Assembly (NCBI GenBank): GCA_002170535.1
Contig: NHDW01000001.1
Location: 1 to 57,898, forward strand
Reading direction: 5' to 3'
Length of the DNA: 57,898 nucleotides
DNA from: Methylococcaceae bacterium TMED69
Lineage (GTDB): Bacteria; Pseudomonadota; Gammaproteobacteria; Ga0077536
Shown: in pieces, positions 49,288-57,898 of the stretch
How the letters are laid out: the number at the start of each line of letters is the position of its first letter
Numbering within the stretch: the first letter of the stretch is position 1
Translations under genes and position numbers: made by a program
The notes under the pieces: model-generated
What the model saw: only the letters and a program-made list of their open reading frames with translations
Told to the model about the DNA's origin: nothing
Databases searched by the model: none

Positions 49288-49764
49288 ATGATGAGCGGTG
49301 ATAATTATCTGTGGTCGGCTAATGTTATTTGGAAGAAAATGGGTAACTATAAAGGATTTTCATATAAATTATTGAATGTGGATCCTGAAACTAAAATAAT
49401 CGAAATGCTATTTCGTTTTGAACCAAACCAAAAATGCTTTTTTCACCGACACTATCACCCTACCTCAACTCTTGTTATAACTGGAGAACAACGTATTTAC
49501 CAAAAAGATGTAGATGAAAATAAAACAACTCTATCAAAAATTCGAAAAGCCGGTGAGTATGTTATTTCAAAAGATGAAGACACCCATATCGAGGGAGGTG
49601 GGCCCCGAGGTGGAATAATCTACCAAAATATCCAAGCTCAAACAGAAATAGTTTATAGTATTCTCAATGAAAAAGATCTATCTGTAAAAGTCGACGTAAC
49701 TTTTGATAACTTTTATAATGATTTCTCTTCTGATAATAATATTACTGATAAGGTTGCTATTTAG
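49288..49764 (+). CDS. Cupin-fold protein (ChrR-like)
   Basis: FHRH...LVITGE...THIEGGG metal-binding pattern. Confidence 0.65.
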   Translation: MMSGDNYLWSANVIWKKMGNYKGFSYKLLNVDPETKIIEMLFRFEPNQKCFFHRHYHPTSTLVITGEQRIYQKDVDENKTTLSKIRKAGEYVISKDEDTHIEGGGPRGGIIYQNIQAQTEIVYSILNEKDLSVKVDVTFDNFYNDFSSDNNITDKVAI

Positions 49765-49787
49765 GACTATCTGGCGGACGACAAATA

Positions 49788-50588
49788 TTGAGTCGAAAAA
49801 TCGCAAATATCATCGAGAAATTAATTAATGTTTTCGGCGTTATGCAAAGCAAACGTCAGAGACAACGCACTATTTCAAGATTAGTTGAAAAACTAACGCA
49901 AGATGATTTGGCAGTAATTGAGGCTCCTTTGGGGGTACTGAAGGTAAATAAAAGCAGAAGTCCTCATGTCGCAAGCGCTGCTTACCATTTTTTTAAAGAC
50001 GAACCCGAGACTTTGGAATGGATTGAAACAATGAGACCCGGCGATATTTTTTATGATGTCGGGGCTGCTTCTGGAATTTACTCTCTATATGCTTGTCTCA
50101 AACCTGAAATCGAAGTTATTTCGATTGAACCCAATGCCCTCAGTTTTGCACTTCTAATCGAAAACATAAAAACTAATAACTTTCGAAATATCAAAGCCTT
50201 TTGTTTAGCTTTATCAGATGATACTAAATCCACTTCTTTAACTATGGAGAATTTTTCGGCAGGTGCTGGTGGCAACTCTCTCGGTCAGATGGATGTTACT
50301 TCGAATATTTTTCATCAACCAATTTTGACTTATAAATTGGATCATTTGATATCTGAATTTGGTCTTCCTAAGCCAAATTATCTAAAGATTGATGTTGATG
50401 GACTAGAACCACTTGTCCTTAAGGGCGCGACCTCTACAATGAGAAATGTTGAAACGCTATTGATAGAAATTGAAAAAGAGGTATTGAGTTCGCATAAGAA
50501 AGAGTTGATTTCCTTTCTTGATTCACTGAATTTTCGATGTGAAGATGAGATTAACGATAAAAAAAGAAATTATATTTTTAAGAAATAG
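49788..50588 (+). CDS. FkbM family methyltransferase
   Basis: EPETLEWI, FYDVGAASG, IEPN, PNYLKIDVDGLE. Confidence 0.9.
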   Translation: MSRKIANIIEKLINVFGVMQSKRQRQRTISRLVEKLTQDDLAVIEAPLGVLKVNKSRSPHVASAAYHFFKDEPETLEWIETMRPGDIFYDVGAASGIYSLYACLKPEIEVISIEPNALSFALLIENIKTNNFRNIKAFCLALSDDTKSTSLTMENFSAGAGGNSLGQMDVTSNIFHQPILTYKLDHLISEFGLPKPNYLKIDVDGLEPLVLKGATSTMRNVETLLIEIEKEVLSSHKKELISFLDSLNFRCEDEINDKKRNYIFKK

Positions 50589-50589
50589 T

Positions 50590-50964
50590 TTATCTTAGCT
50601 GAAGACATCTGCCTTCGAATCCAGCAATAATACATTCTTCGGTGCCGTCACAGTCCTCGGTCGAATGGCATTTATGCCCAATCTTGCCATTTGGTGATAT
50701 AGACCGTAAGTTTTCTTCGGGTGTTCCAAAAAAGTCAATTACCTGTTGTTTTCCTTCTATTTCTAGAATTTTAGGTTTCTTACTACCGTCCCCATGATTG
50801 CTTTTTTTTTCAGAAAATTTAACGCAAATGCCATAGGCATTCTTCTCTCTTTTGAAGCATTGTTCATCTTGTTTACAATCAGCATTTAACATGCAAGCGA
50901 GCGCGTATTGTGATTGAAGAAGAAAAAACAGACCGAAGGCAACTGATTTAGTAGGAAATATCAT
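50590..50964 (-). CDS. Small secreted cysteine-rich protein with two 4-Cys modules
   Basis: Signal peptide (ALA-C); CMLNADCKQDEQC..GIC and CHSTEDCDGTEEC..GRC. Confidence 0.7.
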   Translation of the reverse strand: MIFPTKSVAFGLFFLLQSQYALACMLNADCKQDEQCFKREKNAYGICVKFSEKKSNHGDGSKKPKILEIEGKQQVIDFFGTPEENLRSISPNGKIGHKCHSTEDCDGTEECIIAGFEGRCLQLR

Positions 50965-51084
50965 AATAAAAAAAGTTAAAAATATAATAAGAGTTTTCTA
51001 ACAATGTTTTTTTATTGTTCATAAGAATAATCTAATTTTGATTTTATATTAAGAATTTTGTTTTTAGTTTGCTAGAATATATCA

Positions 51085-51861
51085 ATGGTAAGCTTAAGAT
51101 TTAACAATTATATAGGAATAGATTACTCAGGAGCAAAGACTTCTTTATCTAGACTGGCTCAATTACAAATATATACTACCAATCCTGAAGGCAACCCAAG
51201 AAGAATAAATCCCCCAGAAAAAAGAGTTAAAAATTGGTGTCGGAAAGAGTTAACTTTTCATCTCAAAGAAATTCTAAAATCAAAAAAAAAGACAATTATT
51301 GGCATAGATCATGGCCTTTCTTTTCCCTATAGTTTTTACAAAAAAAATAAATTAAAAAACTGGGATCGAATGCTAGCTTTTGTGTCAAAGACTTGGAAAA
51401 CAAGTAATGATTCTGTTACCGTCGAGGATGCACGTAAGGCAGTCGGCTCCCCGGGTCAAGCCACCGATTATAGACTCACAGAAAAATGGATGCCTGCAGC
51501 CAAAAGTGTATTCCACTTTGACGTACAGGGTTCTGTAGCCAAGTCAACACACGCGGGCATACCATGGATCTATGAGATCATACAAGATGTAGAAATAAGA
51601 AACCGGACCCATTTCTGGCCTTTTGATGGACTCGAGGTCCAGCCAGATCAGAATGTGATAGCGGAAATATTTCCTTCATTGTTCAGAAGAAGATATAAAA
51701 AAGGACAACGCTCTGATGATCAGCATGACGCATTCGTAGCAAGTGCTTGGCTGAGAGATATGGATAAACGAGGGCTTTTAAATTATTATTTTAATCCCAT
51801 GCTAAGTGATAGTGAAAAGCAATTGGTATTTTTGGAGGGTTGGATTTTGGGAGTACTTTGA
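51085..51861 (+). CDS. Conserved hypothetical protein, DUF429-like (RNase H-like fold)
   Basis: IGIDYSGA, IGIDHG..FP, RLTE, AEIFPS, HDA, EGWI acidic motif layout. Confidence 0.6.
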   Translation: MVSLRFNNYIGIDYSGAKTSLSRLAQLQIYTTNPEGNPRRINPPEKRVKNWCRKELTFHLKEILKSKKKTIIGIDHGLSFPYSFYKKNKLKNWDRMLAFVSKTWKTSNDSVTVEDARKAVGSPGQATDYRLTEKWMPAAKSVFHFDVQGSVAKSTHAGIPWIYEIIQDVEIRNRTHFWPFDGLEVQPDQNVIAEIFPSLFRRRYKKGQRSDDQHDAFVASAWLRDMDKRGLLNYYFNPMLSDSEKQLVFLEGWILGVL

Positions 51862-51862
51862 A

Positions 51863-52342
51863 TTAACGCGCATTAAAACATTGACCCACTTGTTCTCTTT
51901 GGGCACCTGATGCATCATCACTGCAAATACTACCCGAGCTTCCAATAATACATTTCCTTGATGTATTGCTTAGGGTAAGTGTTCCACAAGTGGTGTCATC
52001 GGCAAGTTGTCCTCCCGTCGGAGTTGATGTTAGTAAATACGTTGAGGATGTTGGTGAAGCTAGGGAGATCGTGTATTTAGCGTTTCCTGTACGAGGAGAA
52101 TTAGAGAAGGGTAAACTTGGCATAGACGCATTATCGTATGAGCCGAATATCGTATATTGCCTTTCAAGCCAGCTGGCTAATTCAGAAAGGTCAGCAACTG
52201 CTTCAGCTCGACTAGCTCTAACAACAAAATTACGATATGAGGGTAGTGCCACTGACGCCAAAAAAGCAACTATTGCTACAACAATCATAAGCTCTATTAA
52301 AGTAAATCCCTTTGATTTCTTAGTAAGACTTTGCATAATCAT
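51863..52342 (-). CDS. pilE: Type IV minor pilin PilE
   Basis: KG-FTLIELMIVVAIVA prepilin site, PSY, R.EA...L, CGTLTL. Start at ATG 52342 or 52336. Confidence 0.9.
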   Translation of the reverse strand: MIMQSLTKKSKGFTLIELMIVVAIVAFLASVALPSYRNFVVRASRAEAVADLSELASWLERQYTIFGSYDNASMPSLPFSNSPRTGNAKYTISLASPTSSTYLLTSTPTGGQLADDTTCGTLTLSNTSRKCIIGSSGSICSDDASGAQREQVGQCFNAR

Positions 52343-52343
52343 T

Positions 52344-52847
52344 TTAGTAGGAGCCGTAATTAGATTTGTATTGGTCTGCTTTTTCGCGCTTGTTAGATTT
52401 AAGACTTTTGTTTTGATTTTTCTTCGTTTTATTTTGAAGATGAATGCGTTTGGCAAGCAGCCCTTCAGGTGATATCTCAAAATCCATTCTAATTGGCATA
52501 CCTTTTTTCAAGTTTCTAAAACGTATTTTTTTCTCGTTGTTCGACAGGAATTCAACTTTACTATCACAAATAAAGATATCATCATTAATTATGATCTGTT
52601 TATTTTTTTTATCGATCCTCTGAATTTTCCCTTCAACTTGATTTTTTATTGTAATATCGCTTCCAAACTCAAGAGACAAACCATCTGGTAGGGTGCCGTT
52701 AACCCTTCCTAGTTCTAATTTTTCCGATCGCTTATTTTTTTGGGGTTGTTTGTAGGATTCATAGCTTACGGCTGTAAAACTGATCAAAAGAATGAAAATA
52801 AAAAACGGATTTATATATAAATTTCTTTGTGTTTTGTTTCTGCTCAT
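52344..52847 (-). CDS. Hypothetical exported protein in the PilY2 position (DUF5666-like)
   Basis: Hydrophobic N-terminus; EGKIQRID..., LKKGMPI...LLAKRI pattern; sits between pilY1 and pilE. Confidence 0.55.
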   Translation of the reverse strand: MSRNKTQRNLYINPFFIFILLISFTAVSYESYKQPQKNKRSEKLELGRVNGTLPDGLSLEFGSDITIKNQVEGKIQRIDKKNKQIIINDDIFICDSKVEFLSNNEKKIRFRNLKKGMPIRMDFEISPEGLLAKRIHLQNKTKKNQNKSLKSNKREKADQYKSNYGSY

Positions 52848-55800
52848 TGTAGTTGTCTCCAAGATTGACGACCAAGACTTATCGTTGCTCCTGCTACTGT
52901 GCTTATTGAAGGGCTTACGGATTGAGTGCTAGATTCAACTACAAAGCTCTCAGTAGCGTCTCCGCTTGAGACTACCGTTACGGCGGAGACTGACTGTCGG
53001 TTTATACGACCGTTAACAGCAAAGCCCGTGCTTGACTCTTTATCATTATCTGTTATCTCGCCGTCGTTGTTTAGGTCGAATACAGAGAATGGGGTGCGGC
53101 TTCCTGTTATTGCATCGAATACCATCAAGGCTGAAAATCCACCGATACTTTCGCAGGATCCACCTGGCACAAATGTATTGAATAGAACAGATGTTGAACT
53201 ATTAACGTTTCGGAGTTGTGGATCTGCGATGACCCTTTCTCCTTCAGCTCCGTTTATTGGCGAGATAAGATCCATATACCCCCCTTGTTGCGGGGCTTTT
53301 CCGCCGCCGCCTGTAAAATCTACAGGGTTACTAGAAATGATTCTAATCGTATTTGTAACACCTGATGAAACTTCGATTTCTTCAGTCACAATTGATTGCG
53401 GTTGTAAAATGGTATCAGGTTGTATGCTGGGAGGAAGATTTCTGGAACCTACTGACGGTACGGAAGTTCCTAAATCTCTTATGCCATAGAAAGTGTTTAT
53501 ATTTGGTCCTTCCGCTGGGATGATCTCGTCTCCTTGAGTAAAAAACCTTCCTGTTCCAAACACCACCATAAAGCCTCCTTCAGGATGTTTTGCAATTACT
53601 GGCTTAGAGGTTATTGGTTGAGTTGTGCCAGAGGGTGCTAAAGCAGTATAGAGTGGTGAGTCAGCAAATTCGGTATTCCAAGAGTCTATCGAGCTAGAAT
53701 TTACATTAAATTTCCAGAGATTACCTTTAAGATCCCCAGCATAAACTAAGTCTGAAATAAAATCGCCATTCGTGTCCACCACTAATGGGGTAGATAGTCC
53801 ATTATTACCTGCGAATGTCTCATTGCCTGCAGTTATTTTTTTTGTAAGATTTCCTGTTTCAATATCGATAATAAAAAGTTCTGGTTTTTCTGATGATGAG
53901 TTATAGCCATTTCCTATTATGATTGACCATTTCCCATTTAATAATCGAACTATTTGTGGCTTACCTAGAACAACCCCAAGCTCAGGATGGGTAAATTCCC
54001 ATAAGATTTTTGTCTCATCGAAACTAGTCATATCTGTAACATCGATAGCAAAGATAGTATTACCACCTCTACCGAGACTACCGATTAGTACGGTTTTCCA
54101 ACCGCCATTTATAAAAACATCACCAGATGCTAAGACACCATCCACGAAGAACGCATGGTCATATGTCGTATCAGTAAGAATAGAAAGCTTATTAAAAATT
54201 CCTTCCGGAATATAACCCATTACTTCTTCGCCAGTATTAGCATTAAATGCATGGAGGATCCCATTATTACTTCCCACAAATACGGTCTCTAAAATTCCAG
54301 ATTTAGTACCTTGAAATGCTTGATAGCTCTCACCTTCAATTCCTGGAAGTTTATTGAAAGGTGGGCTGGCCTGATTGCGTGTTACGGCAACCGGAGTTGA
54401 ATGAACAATATCGCCAAGAAGGGTATTTCTATTCCTAAAAGAACCTCCATTTTTTACTTCACCTGCTTGGGCACTCGATGGAACTTGTATTCCTCGAATA
54501 TACCCAATCACTTTATCTGCTTCTGCTCCTATCACCGATTTTTGAGAAGCTGATATTGATGATGTTGTAAATTCAATACCTTCAGGAGGGGTTCCATTTT
54601 TATTAAAGCTATATAGCTTTCTCTGGCTTGCTTGCGGTATTAAAGTTGACGCTTCCCACTGAGCAGCTCCAAGTACCCCCTCTGTAGATAAGGGAAATGC
54701 AGAAAAAGTTCCTGACCAATCTTCGCTATTAAAAGTGCCTTGGAATATAAGTGCATTGCTTTTGACGGATTGCGATGTTGATGCAGCTGCTGAAGCCGCC
54801 CCAGTCCGACTACCGATATCGGCAAGAGCTGCGGTTAAAGTATCAATGAGTTGTTGAGGATTTTGGCCAGGTAAGTAGAGTCCTCTTGCATTAAATGCAG
54901 CGTGTCGCATGTCATCAACCGTTGTTAAAGTATTGGCAAATGGAGTGGGCCAAGGTGGAGAAGGGGTTCCAGGGTTTCGATTAGCTGGTACGGCACTCAA
55001 GGAGCCATTGAGTCCGTAGGATATTGTGTAAGTCACCATATGTTGCGCAGAATTCTCATCAACTCCAGTTATAGTAGGAACGTTGTTTGAAAGAGGTGAT
55101 AAGTCTTTTTCATAATATTTCATGGCAACATCAGCTAATGTTTTCGAAACTGAGTCGGCGTGAGGACCCCCATCAAAAGCAGAGTTGTTATCTCCGTCCT
55201 CGTTAAAGATATCTCCTGGGTTATTACCGTTCCAAAATCCATCTGAAAACAGAACTGTAAAATTCTGTTGACATTCGCCTCCTTCTGACTGAGGTAAGAT
55301 TGGACTCGTATTGTCAAATCCAAGAGAGGCATGACTTGCTCCATCATTTTGATCAAAATATCTTCCCACATTTCTTAATGTCGTTCGAAGAGGTGTCAGC
55401 CCGGAGGGAAAAATTTGAAATAACCGAGACAGTAAATTGTCCTTATTAGACTGATTTGTCATATCTGCCACAGGCGTTCCGACGCCGAAGTTATTTTGTA
55501 GCGTTGCTAACCCCATTCTAGCTTGCGAGGTTGTTATTAATTGCGACAGAGCTCTTTTCATTACATATTCTCTTTTTCGATAATACGTAAACCAGTTCGC
55601 GTAATTTGTCTGTTCGGTATCAGTTATACTATCAACTCTGAAAAATCTGGGATCTCCATCGTTTGCAATAAAATCAAATCTCACTCGATAGTTTACTCCA
55701 AAACCTACGCCAGCTGGTGCACTAAGGCACTCGCATAGTTGCATTTTTCCATCATTATTTCTCGCTTGGTTTAGAGAGTTAAAGCCGTTGTCCCAGAATA

Positions 55801-56356
55801 AACTTGTATTGCAAAGACCATTGTCCGTAAATGTACTGTACCAAGCTGGCCTATTGGAGAATTGTCCTGTCCTTTGATCAAAAATATTTAGAAGGTTTGT
55901 AGAACCTTCATTAGGGTTAAAGGGGTTATTCAGCGCGCTCGTGATTGATTGATTGCTATAGGGTTGACCAAATATATCTTTACCTTGCCAAGGAGTATAA
56001 GTTTGTGCTGGATCATATGCCATGAGGTTATAAGCTGAACACAAATCAAGATCTTCGTTAAAGCCATCTGGAGATAAATCAATGTCTCTTATGTCTGATT
56101 GGTTTAGAATGGCCTGGAAAACTGAATTAAATGGAATTAGTGATATTAGCGTGTTATTTGCATCATCTGTGTTCAGGACTTCAGAGTCCATTGAACCTGA
56201 ATCATCTAATGCAAAAAATATATTTGCTTGAACGTCATTTGCTAAAAACAATGGTTTAGGTGGTATCGTTAAAGCCGCTGAAGAAATATTAGTTACTAGA
56301 ATTAAAATAAATGCCAAGTGTTTTAATTTATGTTTTATAGCCATATTCAACCTCAA
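52844..56356 (-). CDS. pilY1: Type IV pilus tip adhesin PilY1/PilC
   Basis: DDSGSM MIDAS-like motif, NYANWFTYY, TPLR, CQQNF, LGDIVHS, HAFN, Ca-loop DTNGDFISD, YAGDLKGNLWKF, FGTG, GRQSWRQL. Confidence 0.95.
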   Translation of the reverse strand: MRLNMAIKHKLKHLAFILILVTNISSAALTIPPKPLFLANDVQANIFFALDDSGSMDSEVLNTDDANNTLISLIPFNSVFQAILNQSDIRDIDLSPDGFNEDLDLCSAYNLMAYDPAQTYTPWQGKDIFGQPYSNQSITSALNNPFNPNEGSTNLLNIFDQRTGQFSNRPAWYSTFTDNGLCNTSLFWDNGFNSLNQARNNDGKMQLCECLSAPAGVGFGVNYRVRFDFIANDGDPRFFRVDSITDTEQTNYANWFTYYRKREYVMKRALSQLITTSQARMGLATLQNNFGVGTPVADMTNQSNKDNLLSRLFQIFPSGLTPLRTTLRNVGRYFDQNDGASHASLGFDNTSPILPQSEGGECQQNFTVLFSDGFWNGNNPGDIFNEDGDNNSAFDGGPHADSVSKTLADVAMKYYEKDLSPLSNNVPTITGVDENSAQHMVTYTISYGLNGSLSAVPANRNPGTPSPPWPTPFANTLTTVDDMRHAAFNARGLYLPGQNPQQLIDTLTAALADIGSRTGAASAAASTSQSVKSNALIFQGTFNSEDWSGTFSAFPLSTEGVLGAAQWEASTLIPQASQRKLYSFNKNGTPPEGIEFTTSSISASQKSVIGAEADKVIGYIRGIQVPSSAQAGEVKNGGSFRNRNTLLGDIVHSTPVAVTRNQASPPFNKLPGIEGESYQAFQGTKSGILETVFVGSNNGILHAFNANTGEEVMGYIPEGIFNKLSILTDTTYDHAFFVDGVLASGDVFINGGWKTVLIGSLGRGGNTIFAIDVTDMTSFDETKILWEFTHPELGVVLGKPQIVRLLNGKWSIIIGNGYNSSSEKPELFIIDIETGNLTKKITAGNETFAGNNGLSTPLVVDTNGDFISDLVYAGDLKGNLWKFNVNSSSIDSWNTEFADSPLYTALAPSGTTQPITSKPVIAKHPEGGFMVVFGTGRFFTQGDEIIPAEGPNINTFYGIRDLGTSVPSVGSRNLPPSIQPDTILQPQSIVTEEIEVSSGVTNTIRIISSNPVDFTGGGGKAPQQGGYMDLISPINGAEGERVIADPQLRNVNSSTSVLFNTFVPGGSCESIGGFSALMVFDAITGSRTPFSVFDLNNDGEITDNDKESSTGFAVNGRINRQSVSAVTVVSSGDATESFVVESSTQSVSPSISTVAGATISLGRQSWRQLQ

Positions 56357-56358
56357 GC

Positions 56359-56880
56359 CTATTTTCGTGACAATATTGTCGATTGTACTGTTGTGAGAGT
56401 ATCATTATTTTGCCCTTTCCCCTCAGCTGTTACTCTATAAGTGTATCGCCAACAGTCTTGGTTGGCGCTAGCCTCTGCATCTAGCGCACAACTATCGTCT
56501 CTGGGAATTGAACCAGTAAACTCCATTACGTACTGTGGCTGCTCTACGACGTTTGAAATTGTTCCGCTTGGCAAAGTAATCCATGATGATTTTATAGAAT
56601 CGTTAAGCCATCGAGGGCTGGCTGGATCCGGTAGCCAGAGTCCGATGGAACCATCGGTTGCTGCACCGATCGATATCGTATCGGCATTTGTTTCACCGAA
56701 TCGTAAGGCGGCCTCACTGCTATCGAAGGATATTTGCTTATTCCTAGTTAAGCCCGTAGCTCTTTCTTGGACAATTGTTGTTTTTATAGCGGAACTACCC
56801 AAAATTGCGAGTATTAACATTATTATCAAGCAAATTGCGAGAACCATTCCGCTTTCTTGCGGGTTTGTACTAGGGAACAC
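56359..56880 (-). CDS. pilX: Type IV minor pilin PilX
   Basis: QESG-MVLAICLII, SEAALR, YRVTAEG, VQST. Start probably GTG 56880, overlapping the pilW stop. Confidence 0.88.
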   Translation of the reverse strand: MFPSTNPQESGMVLAICLIIMLILAILGSSAIKTTIVQERATGLTRNKQISFDSSEAALRFGETNADTISIGAATDGSIGLWLPDPASPRWLNDSIKSSWITLPSGTISNVVEQPQYVMEFTGSIPRDDSCALDAEASANQDCWRYTYRVTAEGKGQNNDTLTTVQSTILSRK

Positions 56881-57898
56881 GATTTCGCAACCCAATTGTG
56901 GTAAACATTTGAAGTCTAAGTCTCCTATCACCATTATTAAAGCTATCACCCATAAACGTTACTGGAATTGGCGCATCTGTCAAGAAATCTTGTTCGCTTT
57001 TTAGCAGAATTCCAATCCGAAGACTGACAACTTTTGTAAAATCAGATACCGTAGCTGCTGAATCTCTGTAAACGTCTGCAAACTCGTCCCCTTGAGTATT
57101 TTCTCCATATTGAATCTGTATGGATTCAACCCCCCTTGCGATTGGTATAGCTGCAGGCGCGACGTTCTCGTCGAATATTCCAATTCGGTAGAGCGTTGCT
57201 ATTTCATCTGGCTCGCCATCTCCGTTCTTATCTCTGTTATCGGTAGCAACGAAGTAGGTTGCTCCAACAACTGGCATAATAAAGCTGTCTGATGCATAGG
57301 CTTTTTGTAAATTGGCATTCGGCGTCAAGCTTGTTGATGATATTGCATTTGTCCTAAAAAGATCTGCTTGTTGACAATCTGTGATAACTACTAAATCTTC
57401 CTCGTTCGGTGGCGTACCGTTGGTGTTAACTGAGGGTTGTAAAGAGTTCATATCAGCCAAACTAACATTGATGGGGTCACTTGGAGAGGACATTGCGCTA
57501 GTAGTTACCCCTATAGTCTCTGCTCCTCTAATTAGTTGAAGGATATCACTTATACGACATGCATTTATATTTCCTCTTGCATCGCTACACAAGGTTAGTG
57601 GTCGAGCTCGGCTATCAACAATTGAAGCTCCGATTGAATTGAAACCGGTCCCACCGTCAAAGCCAACAATATGTTGGGCTGGGGTCATGTCAGGTGGGTT
57701 GCTAGAAGCAACAGAATTGATTGTGATCTGCTGTCTACTAGCGCATCCGAAAAATCCTGCCATACGAATATCCCTTGCTAATTCATCTAACGCTAACCGT
57801 CCATTTTCCTGCATTCTGGAAAAAGCGATACTAAATCTGAAATTTTGCGAATTTGCCGAAAAAATTTGAATTACTGCTAGCATCAGAAAAAGACTCAA
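56870..57898 (-). CDS. pilW: Type IV minor pilin PilW (5' end beyond window)
   Basis: MQENGRLAL..LARDIRMAGFFGC, GVESIQIQYG, VVSLRI.ILL, C-terminal LRN. Confidence 0.9.
   Translation of the reverse strand: MSLFLMLAVIQIFSANSQNFRFSIAFSRMQENGRLALDELARDIRMAGFFGCASRQQITINSVASSNPPDMTPAQHIVGFDGGTGFNSIGASIVDSRARPLTLCSDARGNINACRISDILQLIRGAETIGVTTSAMSSPSDPINVSLADMNSLQPSVNTNGTPPNEEDLVVITDCQQADLFRTNAISSTSLTPNANLQKAYASDSFIMPVVGATYFVATDNRDKNGDGEPDEIATLYRIGIFDENVAPAAIPIARGVESIQIQYGENTQGDEFADVYRDSAATVSDFTKVVSLRIGILLKSEQDFLTDAPIPVTFMGDSFNNGDRRLRLQMFTTIGLRNRVP

Noticed and set aside
52343-52480. Long N-terminal extension of PilE in the ORF track (similarly nthA from 19876, pilX from 56949, cytochrome from 42435)
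   Set aside because: Longest-ORF artefacts; downstream starts fit family lengths, RBS placement or gene coupling better.
1413-57869. Many short ORFs antisense to or nested in recognised genes (e.g. 1679..1930, 11965..12348, 51966..52472, 52926..53489, 56441..57004)
   Set aside because: Shadow frames of well-supported genes, with no recognisable motifs.
1-57898. CRISPR arrays, rRNA, IS transposases, prophage structural genes, riboswitches
   Set aside because: None recognised by eye; a covariance-model or repeat search was not possible.

Overview
AT-rich, gene-dense bacterial chromosomal segment. The backbone (thiG-trmB, oadGAB, yggX-mutY-asmA, argH, rsmE, dksA, pilW-pilX-pilY1-pilE) suggests a streamlined Gammaproteobacterium, possibly marine given the Na+-pumping decarboxylase; this taxonomy is inference. 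About 55 CDS, one tRNA-Phe(GAA) and no CRISPR or rRNA were found. The left third is rich in organic-nitrogen and acyl catabolism: an N,N-dimethylformamidase (DMFase)-family locus with an extra small-subunit paralog, heading a tightly packed run with an MFS transporter (frameshifted in an A11 tract), an M20 amidohydrolase and oadGAB; a cobalt-type nitrile hydratase cluster with no adjacent amidase; acyl-CoA dehydrogenases; a fused 3-oxoacid CoA-transferase; and an Ogt-AlkA fusion. An unannotated ~88-nt small RNA with two anti-Shine-Dalgarno motifs, its own sigma70 promoter, PhaR-like boxes and an intrinsic terminator lies at ~17.64-17.73 kb. The middle holds a Fur-boxed porin joined tail-to-tail to a truncated ApbE (deletion or assembly/MDA chimera), and a decayed integrative element at tRNA-Phe (truncated integrase, IHF site, inverted copy of the tRNA 5' end, adjacent BVMO). 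The right half is mostly housekeeping: AddAB, DksA, two c-type cytochromes, an RND pair, citrate synthase and a type IV minor pilin cluster. Best novelty candidates are the three-gene DMFase-like system and the sRNA. All family assignments come from motif recognition, not database searches.
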